Below are positions 1 to 9,315 of a stretch of DNA of 64,000 nucleotides, piece after piece. Made by a program: the position numbers and the translations under genes. The notes below the pieces were generated by a model that saw only the letters and a program-made list of their open reading frames with translations, had not been told where the DNA came from and did no database searches. Source of the stretch: an uncultured delta proteobacterium (GTDB lineage Bacteria > Myxococcota_A > Polyangia > Fen-1088). Where the stretch lies: contig CAWCMR010000006.1 in NCBI GenBank assembly GCA_963796685.1, positions 224,001 to 288,000 on the forward strand, given 5' to 3'. How positions within the stretch are numbered: the first letter of the stretch is position 1; every line of letters begins with the position of its first letter.

Positions 1-875
1 GACCTTGATCTAGGGGAGCACTTGGCCTGCACCGAAAATCCCCCAAGGATGTCCGAACTAACCTCGGTGATACTGAGTTCCCACTCGAACCCCTTGCCTC
101 TGTACGGCTTCCACGCTTCGTCCATCTGCAGGTCCGACAGGCCAGAAGCCGTCCCGAATTTCTCGGCAACCTCCAAGCACGTCTCGTCGACATAGGTGAG
201 GTCTTGCGCTTGCCTGACTACGGGGCTGGGTTGCGCGTATGAAGCGGGTTGCACGGTCGCCGTGTACGCTGACGAGCTTTCCGCCGCCCTGTTCAGGTTT
301 CTCATCGAAAAGAACATTAGGACCATCCATCCCAAGGCAAGAAATCGCTGTTTCGTAGAGTGCCCTTTTCTCAGCGTGAACCACGCGAAAATGTACGGGA
401 GAAAGACAATCCCCAAAACCAAACCGGTGCCGAGTTCTTTGCCAGGGTCACCACCGCCGAGATCACATTGCATCTTGAGATAGTTCCACAAGCCAGTGCC
501 AAGCTTTCTTGCCGGCGGCTTCGCCTGCTGTGTCTTCGGGATCTGCGCCGATGAAGCCGGCCGGGCGCTGGTTTGGGGCAATGGTTGCCGAGGTGCTTCC
601 GGTGGTTGTGCTTGTCCAGAGGTGGCAGCGCGCTGGCCTACCGTGAGTGGTGGCGGCTGCGCTGGTTGAGCGCTCCCAGCGCTGGCGACCATATACCCAG
701 GAAGCGACGGTGGTGGCGCGTTCCCGGCATCGGAAGCGTTGTGTCCCACGACCGTTTGTTGCGCCGGGCGTACCGATTTGACGTCAGCGGGACGGTTCGG
801 CCTTCCACAATGCGGACACGCGATAGCTTCCGTGCTGAGTCGGCCAGCGCAATCGGGGCATTTTACCAGAGCCAT
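1..875 (-). CDS. Zinc-ribbon membrane protein, partial (runs off the left edge; absent from the ORF track)
   Basis: Manual translation from ATG 875 (GGAGG RBS): MALVKCPDCAGRLSTEAIACPHCGRP, a Pro/Gln linker, then a hydrophobic segment LGIVFLPYIFAWFTLRKG. Confidence 0.75.
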   Translation of the reverse strand, partial: MALVKCPDCAGRLSTEAIACPHCGRPNRPADVKSVRPAQQTVVGHNASDAGNAPPPSLPGYMVASAGSAQPAQPPPLTVGQRAATSGQAQPPEAPRQPLPQTSARPASSAQIPKTQQAKPPARKLGTGLWNYLKMQCDLGGGDPGKELGTGLVLGIVFLPYIFAWFTLRKGHSTKQRFLALGWMVLMFFSMRNLNRAAESSSAYTATVQPASYAQPSPVVRQAQDLTYVDETCLEVAEKFGTASGLSDLQMDEAWKPYRGKGFEWELSITEVSSDILGGFSVQAKCSPRSR

Positions 876-1188
876 GGGGCCTCCCGGTTCCATCGTCTCA
901 CCGGGCGGGATCCTGTCAAGCCGGAGTTGGAATACCTTCTTGTCCGGGCCCGCGTCCGAACGGGCCCGCATCCGGGGCCGGCCGAACATGGCGGAGGTTG
1001 CCCAAGAAGTGGGCCGTGTGCGGGACGGGGGCGCATGTAGGCCGTGCCGTGCGCCGCCGTCGTGTCGGCGTCCTTCAAGCTCGGCCCAATTCCGGCACGC
1101 CTTCCTGCCCTGCATGCACGGGATCTTGGGCGCACAAACGCCGGCATTTCATCGAGGACAAGGTCTGGCACCGCGCGGGGCTGAAACG

Positions 1189-2388
1189 CTACTTGCACGA
1201 CACCTTGGCCGAACGGCCCACCAGCATTCGGTAGCCTTCTGTCTGCTCTGCAAGCGTCTCTTCCCAAAGGCGCAGATTCTCTTTCAATTCTTGCAAGTCG
1301 CTAAGGCTAAGCACGCCCGTGCGCTTTGCGTATCGATGCTCTTCGGCGATTTGACGCTTCGTCTCGGCAATGCTGGCGCGAAGGTCGCAAATTGACTCCG
1401 TGACCTCCGCAATCTTGCGCTTGAGAGACTTGGCGTTCGCGTCCGCAGTCCTTCGATCCATGCAGTCTTCATCGGCTCGACAAGATTTCTCAGCCGCCCA
1501 TGTCTTTCTGAACAGCGCAAGTTGATCGGGCGCGTCACCTTCATCGCCGAGACACAGCAAGTTGCTTTCAACTGCTGCGACCTCCGCTTCCTTCCATGCC
1601 GTGGAATCTCCTGCGGGGCGGTAGGTCACCATTACCTCACGCAGAACCCTGAGAGAGTATGCCGCTTTGACGGGAGCTGGTGCGTCCGCTGCCGTACGCG
1701 GACGGGACGCCATTGCTTTCCTCATAAAAGCTTGGTCGTGCACCGGTAGTGGCTTGAGCATCTGATCAAAATCGGCGAGTTGTTCTTCGCTAACAGAAGG
1801 GGAACTTTTTACAAAATCTCTGAGAGCGGCGAGAAGGTCACACCCGGTCAGCTTTGAGATCTCTTTCCAGTGATCTTCGCGCAGCATCTCGCGCACAGTG
1901 GCCGCGATGCTGGCGGCCATTCTAGCCAGTTCCGCCCGATCAGCGTCTGAGAGCGGTAGCTTTGTCGCTTGCAGTAGGATTTCGTTCTTTTGTCGTAGGC
2001 TCCCGCATTCGTTTCTCATTTGAGCCATCTGTCCGCAAGCGAATGCTGCCCTCAACCCCTCTAGGCAGAAGTAGCGCGTTAGCTCGACCATCCTACGTGG
2101 CGCGCCTTGTAACCGGGCAAGACCGTAGTGACATGTATTTAGGGCAGGCAGAGGCTGCTCTTCGATTCCACGCATACCCCGGACTGGTGTGTATGCCGCA
2201 CGCTTTTCTAGGTACTCAAGAGGATCAGTGTTTGAATTCCGCGTATCCTCGTCAATCCGCCAGGTGCCATTTCCGCCGATGTCGATGGCCCGTGAGAATC
2301 TCGGCGATATGCGCAAAGTCGGGGCTTCTTGCGCAAAGACCGGCGTAGCCACACAAAGAAGGGACAGAAACCCAAAGCTATGGCGCAT
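1189..2388 (-). CDS. Hypothetical secreted protein with C-terminal coiled coil
   Basis: 399-aa ORF with signal-peptide-like N-terminus (ATPVFA|QE). Confidence 0.6.
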   Translation of the reverse strand: MRHSFGFLSLLCVATPVFAQEAPTLRISPRFSRAIDIGGNGTWRIDEDTRNSNTDPLEYLEKRAAYTPVRGMRGIEEQPLPALNTCHYGLARLQGAPRRMVELTRYFCLEGLRAAFACGQMAQMRNECGSLRQKNEILLQATKLPLSDADRAELARMAASIAATVREMLREDHWKEISKLTGCDLLAALRDFVKSSPSVSEEQLADFDQMLKPLPVHDQAFMRKAMASRPRTAADAPAPVKAAYSLRVLREVMVTYRPAGDSTAWKEAEVAAVESNLLCLGDEGDAPDQLALFRKTWAAEKSCRADEDCMDRRTADANAKSLKRKIAEVTESICDLRASIAETKRQIAEEHRYAKRTGVLSLSDLQELKENLRLWEETLAEQTEGYRMLVGRSAKVSCK

Positions 2389-2722
2389 GTCCAGACTCTA
2401 AGCGCATTTGCGCCGCTCGAATAGGGGGCCCGCTGTGGCATTGATTAAGACCGTGGCCGCGATCGAGACCGTGGCCGCGCTCGAGACCGTTAGCGCCGAC
2501 CGATGTCGCCACCGGCGTGACGAGGTCCCTTTTTCACCAGGATCACCGGTGCCCAGGGACCCAGGCAGGCAAGAAACTGGCGATGAGCGGGGCGGGCGGC
2601 GAGGCTGGCGGGCAACGACGGCTGTAGATAGAAAGAAGGCCCGGAGTTCCCGCTCCGAGCCTTCTTGGGGCAGCACCCAAGCGCCGCACACCTGACCAAA
2701 TAGCGACGGTCTTGGCCAGGAT

Positions 2723-3358
2723 GTGGCCAGGTGGCGGCGATGTCCAGTTCTTCGGCCTCGCCGAGGACCACTGGAAATTCGAGCACGACAATGCAGGCAC
2801 TGCGACCAGACGTTTTGGGTCCACCGGCGGTGCGACCACGGACATGCCTATTGCTCCACGACCTGTAAGAAGCAGGGCCGAAAGCGGACCGCAGCGAAAG
2901 CCCGCCGGAAGCACAGGGCCAGCCCCGAAGGACGCGCTGACCACCGGGACAACCAGCGCGCCTACCGCGCCCGCAAGCGCGAGGGCCACGTGGGGGATCA
3001 TGGTTCCGAAAAGTTGACGGCTCAGGCATCTGTGGTCGCGGACGACACGGAGACCGCCGATGAATGCGACACGCTTGACCTTCACCTTGCGGCCCCTTTT
3101 CGATGGGGCCTATACCCAGCTCTCACTACAGGGACCGGTGGCGACGGTGCCACAGCATCGGGAAGTGCGACGGCTGATGTCGCTGCTCTGGCTGTGGCAC
3201 GGACATCCCCTCGATGTTGTGTTGTGTGCGGACGGGACGAATGCGGGCGCTTGCTGGCTGGAGATCTGGGAGGACGTGCTTGGTCGCGTGCCCGGCCGCC
3301 ACCTCGACATTCGGTATCTCTATCTCCGCGACACGCTTGCCCAAGGTGCAGGCCATGA
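2723..3358 (+). CDS. Cys-rich putative zinc-finger protein within IS21 (start and 3' extent uncertain)
   Basis: CRHCDQTFWVHRRCDHGHAYCSTTC followed by a basic helix. Confidence 0.55.
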   Translation: MARWRRCPVLRPRRGPLEIRARQCRHCDQTFWVHRRCDHGHAYCSTTCKKQGRKRTAAKARRKHRASPEGRADHRDNQRAYRARKREGHVGDHGSEKLTAQASVVADDTETADECDTLDLHLAAPFRWGLYPALTTGTGGDGATASGSATADVAALAVARTSPRCCVVCGRDECGRLLAGDLGGRAWSRARPPPRHSVSLSPRHACPRCRP

Positions 3359-3365
3359 GCGCTGA
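3060..3365 (+). CDS. Small hypothetical protein within IS21
   Basis: 101-aa ORF whose stop overlaps the istA start. Confidence 0.5.
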   Translation: MNATRLTFTLRPLFDGAYTQLSLQGPVATVPQHREVRRLMSLLWLWHGHPLDVVLCADGTNAGACWLEIWEDVLGRVPGRHLDIRYLYLRDTLAQGAGHER

Positions 3366-4902
3366 GGAAGAGCTGTTTTCTCAGCGTCGAGCCGAGGTAC
3401 TGCGGCTGACCTACGCCGAGAATCTCGGGATTCGCGCCATCGCTCGTCGCTTGGGGATCGCGCGCAAGACGGTGCGCAGGCTGCTCGACGGAGATCGAGC
3501 GATCAAGAAGGCGCAAGCTGCACCTCGGACGCGACTACTCGAACGGTATGACGGAGCCATTCGGCAGATTCTGGACGACACGCCTGAGATGCGTGCACCC
3601 GCGATGTTGGAGCGTCTGCGCACGCTCGGCTATCACGGCGGCATCACCATTGTGCGCAACCGACTGCGCCAGTTGCGTCCGCACGTCGAGAAGGAGGCAT
3701 TCCTGACCTTGGACTTCAAGGCCGGCGCGGCAGCGCAGGTGGACTGGGCCGACTTCGGTTTCGCCCTGCCGGGCTGTACGCGCAGGCTGAGCGCCTTCGT
3801 GATGGTGATGTGCTACTCGCGTTTGCTCTACCTGGAATTCACGCTGAGCCAGTCCATGGGCTCGTTTCTTCGCTGCATGGAACGCGGCCTGCGCTTCTTC
3901 GGCGGCAGCACTACCGTCGACATCTTCGACAACATGAAGACCGTGGTCACCTCGCACACGCCGACGGCCACGGTCTTCAATCCGAAGTTTCTGGCCTATG
4001 CACGCGCGCGACAGTTTGGCGCCGTCGCCTGCAACGTCGCTCGCGGCAACGAGAAGGGACTCGTCGAGCGCCCCATCGGCTTCGTGCGCGAGCGCTTCTG
4101 GCCGGGCTGCAGGCCCTCCGACCTCATCGACGTCAACGTCAAGGCCGCCGCCTGGCGCGACAACTTCGCCAACAACCGCGTCCACGAGATCACCGGCAAG
4201 GTCCCGTCACTGGTCTTCGAGCACGACGAGCGCAGGGCTTTGCGCCCCATCCAAGACGTCTCGTTCAATACCGACGACGTCCACACCGCCACCGTCAGCA
4301 AGACCTTTCGCGTCCGCTTCGACCGAAACCTCTATTCCGTGCCACCGCGACTGGTCGACCAACTGGTCCTGGTCCGCGGCACCGATCACGATGTGTCCGT
4401 CTTTCTCGGCCCCAAGCTCGTCGCTTCTCACGAGCGCTCCTGGGACACCAACAAGGACATCGAAGATCCCGTACATCGCCTGGCCGTGCTGGCCAAGAAG
4501 CCGCGCTCCCAACCTGGCGAGCTGCCGCCCGGCCTCACCGGCCTCGGTGTCCCGGGCATTCAATACTTCAAGATCCTCGCCGCAGGGTCGCGGTCGCTTC
4601 GTCGCGAAACCGTGCGCCTGGTCTTTCTCGCCGAGCTGTTCGGTGAATCCGCCACGGCCAGTGCCATCGAAGAGGTCATGCACACAGGCCACGTCGGCGT
4701 CGAGTATGTCGAGTATGTCTTGCGCCACAAGAAGGGCCTGGTGCCCTGTGCGCCGCCACTGCGCCTCGGCGATCCAGCGCTCGACAGCATTTCTCTCCGC
4801 GAGCCGGACCTTTCCCTCTACGACACCATGGTGGCGCCGGCGATGACCCGCGACCCCGGCGAGCTGCCAGACGAACACACCGCTCAAGGAGATCCACCAT
4901 GA
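3355..4902 (+). CDS. istA: IS21 transposase
   Basis: N-terminal HTH; QVDWAD, FDNMKT and EKGLVER DDE motifs; ATG at 3355. Confidence 0.95.
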   Translation: MSAEEELFSQRRAEVLRLTYAENLGIRAIARRLGIARKTVRRLLDGDRAIKKAQAAPRTRLLERYDGAIRQILDDTPEMRAPAMLERLRTLGYHGGITIVRNRLRQLRPHVEKEAFLTLDFKAGAAAQVDWADFGFALPGCTRRLSAFVMVMCYSRLLYLEFTLSQSMGSFLRCMERGLRFFGGSTTVDIFDNMKTVVTSHTPTATVFNPKFLAYARARQFGAVACNVARGNEKGLVERPIGFVRERFWPGCRPSDLIDVNVKAAAWRDNFANNRVHEITGKVPSLVFEHDERRALRPIQDVSFNTDDVHTATVSKTFRVRFDRNLYSVPPRLVDQLVLVRGTDHDVSVFLGPKLVASHERSWDTNKDIEDPVHRLAVLAKKPRSQPGELPPGLTGLGVPGIQYFKILAAGSRSLRRETVRLVFLAELFGESATASAIEEVMHTGHVGVEYVEYVLRHKKGLVPCAPPLRLGDPALDSISLREPDLSLYDTMVAPAMTRDPGELPDEHTAQGDPP

Positions 4903-5657
4903 CAGCTCGCCAAGACACACCTCAACTCGAACTCCTCGTCGAGAAGCTGCGCTGGCTGCGCCTGCCCGGCATGGCCGCCGCGGTCAAAGACCTCATCGAA
5001 CGCGCCGCCAAGGACAACCTCACCCCATGCGCCGTCGTCGACTGCTTGTGCGACAGTGAGAAGCACAGCCGCATTTGCAGCTCTATCGAGCGCAGGATCA
5101 AGGACGCCAGGTTTCCCGAGATCAACACCGTCGATGCCTTCGACTTCGATTTCGACCCCGCCCGCAAGCGCCTGCGCGCCCGCTACCTGGCCCTGCACGA
5201 CCTCGACTTCATCGCCAAGGGCACCAACGCCATCTTCATCGGCAATCCCGGCACGGGAAAGACCTTCCTAGCGCGGGCACTTGCCTTCAAAGCCTGCCAG
5301 GCCCAGAAGCGCGTCGTCTTCACCTCGGCGCCTCGCATGCTCACCGACCTACACGGTGCCGACATCCACGGCTCCCTCGACCGCGCCCTTCGCCGCTACG
5401 TCCGAGCCGATTTGCTCGCCGTCGATGATTTCGCAGTCCTCGCCATGGACCCCGCCCAGGCCAAGCTCGCCTTCCAGGTCATCGCCGAACGCTACGATTA
5501 CCGTCGGACAACTCTGGTCACTACCAACAGAGCGTTTAAGGATTGGACCAAGGTCTTCCCCGACCCGCTCAACGCCGAGGTGATCGCCAAGCGCCTCACC
5601 GAGCGTGCTGAGACCTTCATCCTCGATGGGAAAGGCTACAAGCCGAACAGTCCCTGA
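4899..5657 (+). CDS. istB: IS21 helper ATPase
   Basis: Walker A GNPGTGKT, LLAVDD, TTN motif; overlaps the istA stop. Confidence 0.95.
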   Translation: MTARQDTPQLELLVEKLRWLRLPGMAAAVKDLIERAAKDNLTPCAVVDCLCDSEKHSRICSSIERRIKDARFPEINTVDAFDFDFDPARKRLRARYLALHDLDFIAKGTNAIFIGNPGTGKTFLARALAFKACQAQKRVVFTSAPRMLTDLHGADIHGSLDRALRRYVRADLLAVDDFAVLAMDPAQAKLAFQVIAERYDYRRTTLVTTNRAFKDWTKVFPDPLNAEVIAKRLTERAETFILDGKGYKPNSP

Positions 5658-6149
5658 GTGCAATTCCGCCTGTCCGGGAAGGAACCCAACAGCCCCGCCC
5701 GCCGACGCCCCTCGTCGGCGCAGGCCCTACGCCGACCTCTGGCCGCCGGGTTACGCAGGGATTTGCCTCCGCGCCACCAGGTGGGCTCCTGGTACCCGGT
5801 GAAACTGGTGAAAGTGGTACCCTTGGATGCCGTCGGCGACACGACCGAGCCGCCTTTGCAAGTTGGATCGCAATCAAGGCCCTGGCTCGGACCGAGGTTG
5901 TGGGTTCTGGCGGGCCAATTCTCTGGGCGAAAAAATCTTCTGAAAAGTAATTGCGCACGACATGAATGACTACTTGCGCCAGCTCCGATTTCTGAAAAAA
6001 ATTCCTCAGACCGGTCCGAAGGATAAGCACGCCACCTGGGTGCGTTGTCGCATAAACGAGGGCGAGAACCCCCACCCCCTCACGTGTGGGTGCATGGCGG
6101 CCGGCATGAGTGCCTACCCACGTTGACCGAGGCCACCGCGATCGGCTGT

Positions 6150-6225
6150 ACAAACACCGCTCGGCTTTTGTACAGAACAACAAACATCAATGGTTGACAA
6201 TCTATAACAATGATACACAATAGGA
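6150..6225 (+). promoter_or_regulatory. AT-rich promoter / possible res site of the serine recombinase
   Basis: TTGACA-N16-CACAAT and paired TGTACA motifs directly upstream of the recombinase. Confidence 0.4.
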
Positions 6226-6227
6226 TC

Positions 6228-6953
6228 ATGGCAAAGCGAATTCAACCAGGCGATCCCAAGGTGGCCGTTGGCTATGTTCGGGTTTCCACGGACGAACAGA
6301 GCTTGGGCCCAGAGGCACAGCGGAACGCTATCGAGAAGTGGGCGCAGTCGCGCGGCGTACGTGTGGCGATTGTCCTTGAGGACTTCGGTATCAGCGGCGG
6401 CGCATCGGCCGAGAAGAGGCCCGGCCTACTGGCTGCCTTGGCGGCGCTTCGGGACAACAACGCGGGTATGTTGGTGGCCGCCAAGCGCGACCGCATCGCA
6501 AGGGACACGGTGATCGCCGCCATGGTTGAACAGGCCGCCCAGAGGGCCGGTGCCGTTCTCACCACCGCGGACGGCGCTAGCGATGGCGTAGGGCCCGAGG
6601 GCGCGCTTATGCGTGGGATCGTCGACGTGTTCGCAGCCTACGAGCGAGGAGTCATCAAGTCCCGGACGAAAGCGGCCCTCGGCGTGAAGAAGGCGCGGAA
6701 CGAGTGCGTCGGACAAGTGCCCTACGGGTTCGAGCTGGCGGCCGATGGTGTCCACCTTGCCGAGGCTGCAGGCGAGCAAGCCACGATCGAGAAGATCCGC
6801 GCGCTGCGGACTAGCGGCTTGTCCCTTCGTGGGGTGACCGCGGAATGTGCTCGCCTTGGTTTGGTTTCCCGATCTGGAAAGCCGTTCATGCTCACGTCAA
6901 TCGCGAATATTCTGCACGCGAACGAGATCACCCATGAAAGGGTGGCAGCATGA
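6228..6953 (+). CDS. Serine recombinase (resolvase family)
   Basis: GYVRVSTDEQ catalytic motif, KRDRIARD, FAAYER, PYGF. Confidence 0.92.
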   Translation: MAKRIQPGDPKVAVGYVRVSTDEQSLGPEAQRNAIEKWAQSRGVRVAIVLEDFGISGGASAEKRPGLLAALAALRDNNAGMLVAAKRDRIARDTVIAAMVEQAAQRAGAVLTTADGASDGVGPEGALMRGIVDVFAAYERGVIKSRTKAALGVKKARNECVGQVPYGFELAADGVHLAEAAGEQATIEKIRALRTSGLSLRGVTAECARLGLVSRSGKPFMLTSIANILHANEITHERVAA

Positions 6954-7150
6954 GCAAGAAGGAAACGAAGATGCCCAAGGATGTTGGCGGTTCACTGCAA
7001 ACCGCCGTCAGGCTTGAGACCGATGTGATTGCCCGCTTGGACGCTCTCGTCGAAAAGATGTCACGGCCGGGGCTGCGCCTAAGTCGCACGGACATAATTC
7101 GGATGGCGCTCGCCGAGGGGTTGCCCATCCTCGAAAAGGAATGTCGGTAG
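6950..7150 (+). CDS. Ribbon-helix-helix (CopG-like) DNA-binding protein
   Basis: QTAVRLETDVIARLDAL...SRTDIIRMALAEGL; ATGA overlap with the recombinase. Confidence 0.7.
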   Translation: MSKKETKMPKDVGGSLQTAVRLETDVIARLDALVEKMSRPGLRLSRTDIIRMALAEGLPILEKECR

Positions 7151-7487
7151 CTATGCTTCGCGGGTGGGCGGAGAGCAAGCGGCTCGGAATACTGAACAGA
7201 TGTTCAGGCTTCGACATGCGGAGGCCGAGTCGTGGACGCTCGACAAAATGTCGCAGAAGTACCAACATGGAACACTGAACTTGTGTTCAGTACACGCGCT
7301 CGATCCATGGTGCGAAGGATACGTGTTTGAATATTCCCAAATGATATTAGGTTTTTGAGACCTACAGATTTTGCTCGCCGTCCTGACAAATCTTGATTCG
7401 GCCGCGGAACGGACCGGCCGAGAGTAATTGCGCCCCGCATTGTGATTGTGGCTTCCGGCCCAATTTCGATATGTCAGCGGCAACGGG

Positions 7488-8069
7488 TTAGACGCCGTTT
7501 CGATGAATCCGCAGTTCAGGGAATTCCGATTCTGCCGCGGCTGCAAGGCGTTCAAAGATGTCTTCATCACGTTCCTCATGGCCTGCCAGGCACAGATAGT
7601 AGTTCTTGTGGTTGTGGCGCTTGTAAACGATCCAATCTCCGGTGAGTCGATGTTGCTTCTCTCTCTGGGTGAACGCCTCGGCAACCAGCCGCTCCGAAAT
7701 CTTGCCGGCAAGTTCCCAGTCATTGCGTGGTTTGTCGGCGTACTCGCCAAGCACCCTCTTCACGATCCGGTGCATGCGATCACTTCCTGGCGACCAATGG
7801 TTTAGAATGTTTTGTGGTATGTGCCTGGCGTTGAAGAAGTGCTTGTGCATCAGCCCAGCTAGTGGCCCCCGCTTGAATGCCTCCGCTTTCTTGGTTCGGG
7901 AGGGAAGACTCCGCTCGATTTTGCCAATTTCTTCCATCAAGGAGAACGGATTGATGAGACTGCTCCTTGTCGCCGCTTCGAGCTGCCGACCGAATACAGA
8001 CGTGTACGGGACATCTGACAGACCGGCGCGTGCGAACATTGCTTCTGCAAAGGACATCTGGTCAGCCAT
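7488..8069 (-). CDS. Hypothetical protein, possibly RelE/YafQ-like fold
   Basis: 193 aa with RBS; C-terminal LTGDWIVYK..NYYLCLAGH. Confidence 0.6.
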   Translation of the reverse strand: MADQMSFAEAMFARAGLSDVPYTSVFGRQLEAATRSSLINPFSLMEEIGKIERSLPSRTKKAEAFKRGPLAGLMHKHFFNARHIPQNILNHWSPGSDRMHRIVKRVLGEYADKPRNDWELAGKISERLVAEAFTQREKQHRLTGDWIVYKRHNHKNYYLCLAGHEERDEDIFERLAAAAESEFPELRIHRNGV

Positions 8070-8254
8070 TCTGCCTGCTCCGGGCGTCGTCAGTGCGCGG
8101 TCTAACAGGGTCTTGACGATCTCCTAGGCCAGCCTCGGCGGGCCTTGGACTTGGTGCTGACCCCTACGACCTGAATATGCCGGGTGACGGGTGGTTTTGG
8201 TTGGCCGCCACCATGGAGCGGGTGCCGTCGAGGAACCCAAGGGTCTTGGAGCCA

Positions 8255-8588
8255 TGACGCATAAGGCGGGGGACTTGTGGAGGACTTGCGGAGGACTTGC
8301 GGTGGCACTTAGATCGCGTCAAGTGCCGTAAATCAAGGTACCGGAGGACTTGGAGGACTTAGATCCCTCCTCTCCCATACACATCCCCCATGTGGGCGGT
8401 GCGTTAGCACGATGAGTAATAGTTACACACTGTTAACATTACTACTTCAAAAACTTGCATGGGGTAGGATTTAAGTCCTCCAAGTCCTCCGACCACTGTA
8501 TTTGTAGTGTTTGACGCGGTTCAAGTGCCACCGCAAGTCCTCCGCAAGTGCCACCGCTTTGCCCGCAAGTCCCCCGCCTTACGCGTCA
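8255..8588. repeat. Large inverted repeat built of GGAGGACTT-type iterons around an AT-rich core (candidate origin)
   Basis: Six GGACTT/GCACTT units at 8271-8360 mirrored by six AAGTCC/AAGTGC units at 8473-8577. Confidence 0.85.
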
Positions 8589-8945
8589 AATATATGGGAA
8601 ACGGCACGAGCGGCGCGGCAGTAATTGTTACGTTGGAAATATGAAGGATTCACGGGAAGGTCCCAGCGGCCCTTGTTTCTAACGTAACAATTCATCTAGT
8701 GTTTCTAATGTAAATATTACTTATCGCGCCAACGCGCCACCCACATGGGTAGGCACCCCGAAGCGCTTCGTGGGTAGGGCTCCAAGGGCATGACCACGAT
8801 TCACATCTAGGCCGAATCGGGGGCCCGGATCCGAATCTGGGTCATGACCTCCGATGTCCTTCACCGGGCTCGGCAACTGGCGCACTCGAAAGCATCCCGA
8901 AGTTCGCGTCACCATTGGGCAATGCAAATCACGTGCCAAATATGT

Positions 8946-8975
8946 TGACACAGTGACGGCAAGTTTGAGACAATG
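8946..8975 (+). promoter_or_regulatory. Sigma70-like promoter
   Basis: TTGACA-N18-GACAAT upstream of the ORF at 8993. Confidence 0.5.
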
Positions 8976-8992
8976 AATACAGGTAATCCCCT

Positions 8993-9253
8993 ATGGAAAC
9001 AAGTCAAATCGCACAAGCCCCGACCCCTTTGCCCGAAATGCTCACCACCGCCGAGGTGGCGGCAGTGCTGCGCTGTACTCCTCGGACCGTCTACCGCCTG
9101 ATTCGCGCTGGCGCATTGCCCGACACTGGACTAGCCAAGAAACACCTCTGGTCACGTAGTCTGATCGAGGAATTCTTGACAACACGCGTTCCGGGCCGCG
9201 TCGGGCAATGGCGCCGCTCTCAGACACCCGTTGAAAGTACCCCTACCCAATAA
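8993..9253 (+). CDS. Excisionase-like HTH protein
   Basis: LTTAEVAAVLRCTPRTVYRLIRAGAL. Confidence 0.85.
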   Translation: METSQIAQAPTPLPEMLTTAEVAAVLRCTPRTVYRLIRAGALPDTGLAKKHLWSRSLIEEFLTTRVPGRVGQWRRSQTPVESTPTQ

Positions 9254-9315
9254 ATGAAAACCCCGCTCGGGTGGGCACTCCCGGCGGGGTCGCAGTCACG
9301 AAAGAACTGGTTTCA

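Larger units (their letters stand above)
2504..5841 (+). mobile_element. IS21-family element with passenger ORFs
   Basis: TG...CA ends; imperfect IRs TGTCGCC...TTTCACCAG..TCACCGG; 7-bp duplication CGACCGA at 2497-2503 and 5842-5848; istA and istB inside. Confidence 0.93.

Noticed and set aside
6228-7150. IS607-like element
   Set aside because: The recombinase lacks an N-terminal MerR-type HTH and no tnpB follows.
8255-8588. Possible CRISPR array
   Set aside because: Units are 9-12 bp, inverted and lack unique spacers; no cas genes are present.
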